A stretch of DNA of 63,400 bases, filler included, from Octopus bimaculoides (Eukaryota), in the NCBI RefSeq assembly GCF_001194135.2. It is 5 parts of 5 records of this genome, joined end to end, with 100 filler letters (N's around TTAATTAATTAA, not from the genome) between each part and the next. Parts side by side here need not be neighbours in the genome. Positions count along the whole stretch, not along the records: positions 59,346 to 63,400 come from NC_069004.1; 4 more parts are not named here. One strand, 5' to 3'. Within the stretch, counting starts at the first letter, position 1. Each line of letters starts with the position of its first letter. Below are positions 62,496 to 63,400 of the stretch, in pieces. The translations under genes were made by a program, and so were the position numbers. Below the pieces are notes generated by a model, which worked only from the letters and a program-made list of their open reading frames with translations, was not told the origin of the DNA and made no database searches.

Positions 62496-63400
62496 CTGAC
62501 TTCTTGATGTAGAACCTAGCTATCTTCGGGGTATTATAACAATCATTATGAAAACTGTCAAAGTGGTTGAAAATCTTTTGTTAACTGAAATTATCCATGT
62601 AGCTAGCAGGCAAATGTCCCCTATGTCTGTTTGAAAACTGTTAACAACAAACAGGTGAGGTAGCTATAATTTACTCAGCTACTAATTTTACTCATCTCTA
62701 AATCGGACGCTAAATTTTGATACAATTTTTTTTTTATGCACCTTACCCCGTACATAATTCGCATTTGTTTTTCATTTAAAATCAAGTATACAGTAGAACA
62801 GTACAATTTATACAAGAGTAAACACGGCAATTGAAATGTTTTGGAAAATACAGATGATACAGCTAGGAACATACTTTTGAGTGCCTTTATCTTCTGTTTC
62901 ACTATACCAATTTAATGGCGTAAATTCCTTTACTTACAAAAGCAGATATGAAACAGAAGGCGAAATAAAATAAAAAAAACATTGAGTGTATGGAAGCAAG
63001 CAATTTTCACACAAACAACTGTCGTATTCTTTAATGAAATTTGCAACATGCAAACAATATGTGCCAACGATGATGTGGTTGATTTAAATTTAATTTCATT
63101 ACAAGCTGACAATCACAGAAAACGCAATATTACTCATTGTTTTTGATTCGATAACGTTTGTCAAAGCAAAACGAAGGCTTTTGTGAGTTATATATTGTGT
63201 GACTGTAGAAGATATTTCACAGATATGTCCTCTTTTATACACTTTGCAATAGAAGCAGATCATAAAATATTTCTTGAAAAATTTATCAGCAATGGCAAAA
63301 CACTCTCTTCAATTATTCGACAAAGTTCCAAACTTCTTATAAGCATACATACATATACACATACGTCAATGTATTACTTCGTACTTACATGAATATATAT

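Noticed and set aside
62900-63330. Possible DDE transposase remnant (FDNVCQSKTK, HKIFLEK)
   Set aside because: Similarity to DNCxGQNKN-type motifs is too weak to call without a profile search

Overview
This is a eukaryotic, AT-rich, microsatellite-saturated draft-assembly window, about 6 kb of which is N. The SINE families, RTE tails and (TA)/(CA) density point to a coleoid cephalopod, most likely Octopus; that is inferred from recognising repeats, not from a search. Nearly all ORFs in the supplied track are microsatellite or gap artefacts. The real content is a dense layer of decayed mobile DNA: tRNA-derived SINEs, RTE LINEs, R4/Dong-like RLE LINE fragments, DD37D/maT and mariner DNA transposons and MITEs, one Ty3/gypsy pol remnant, and several Penelope-like elements (PLEs). 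A probable plus-strand protein-coding gene is scattered through it. Its candidate first exon is at 2248-2350, candidate phase-1 micro-exons are at 30747 and 31131, a 69-nt candidate exon is at 40524, and a convincing terminal exon at 58840-59124 encodes 16-aa PPxY repeats. I cannot name the gene. The most interesting signal is a set of hammerhead-ribozyme (HHR) motifs in several architectures: (i) a type I HHR with a long stem I followed by a run of small hairpins (59353-59564, retrozyme-like); (ii) two PLE ends in an inverted tail-to-tail pair, each with an intact CUGAUGA/GAAA core; (iii) a 248-bp near-perfect fold-back built from an HHR-bearing PLE end; (iv) two degenerate copies. Other observations are two old inverted duplications, isolated perfect hairpins, a CArG+CRE module upstream of the putative first exon, and alternating CpG-retaining and CpG-depleted blocks. 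Four 44N-TTAATTAATTAA-44N artificial spacers mean long-range colinearity is not guaranteed. Repeat boundaries are approximate (tens of bp); motif and exon coordinates were counted by hand.
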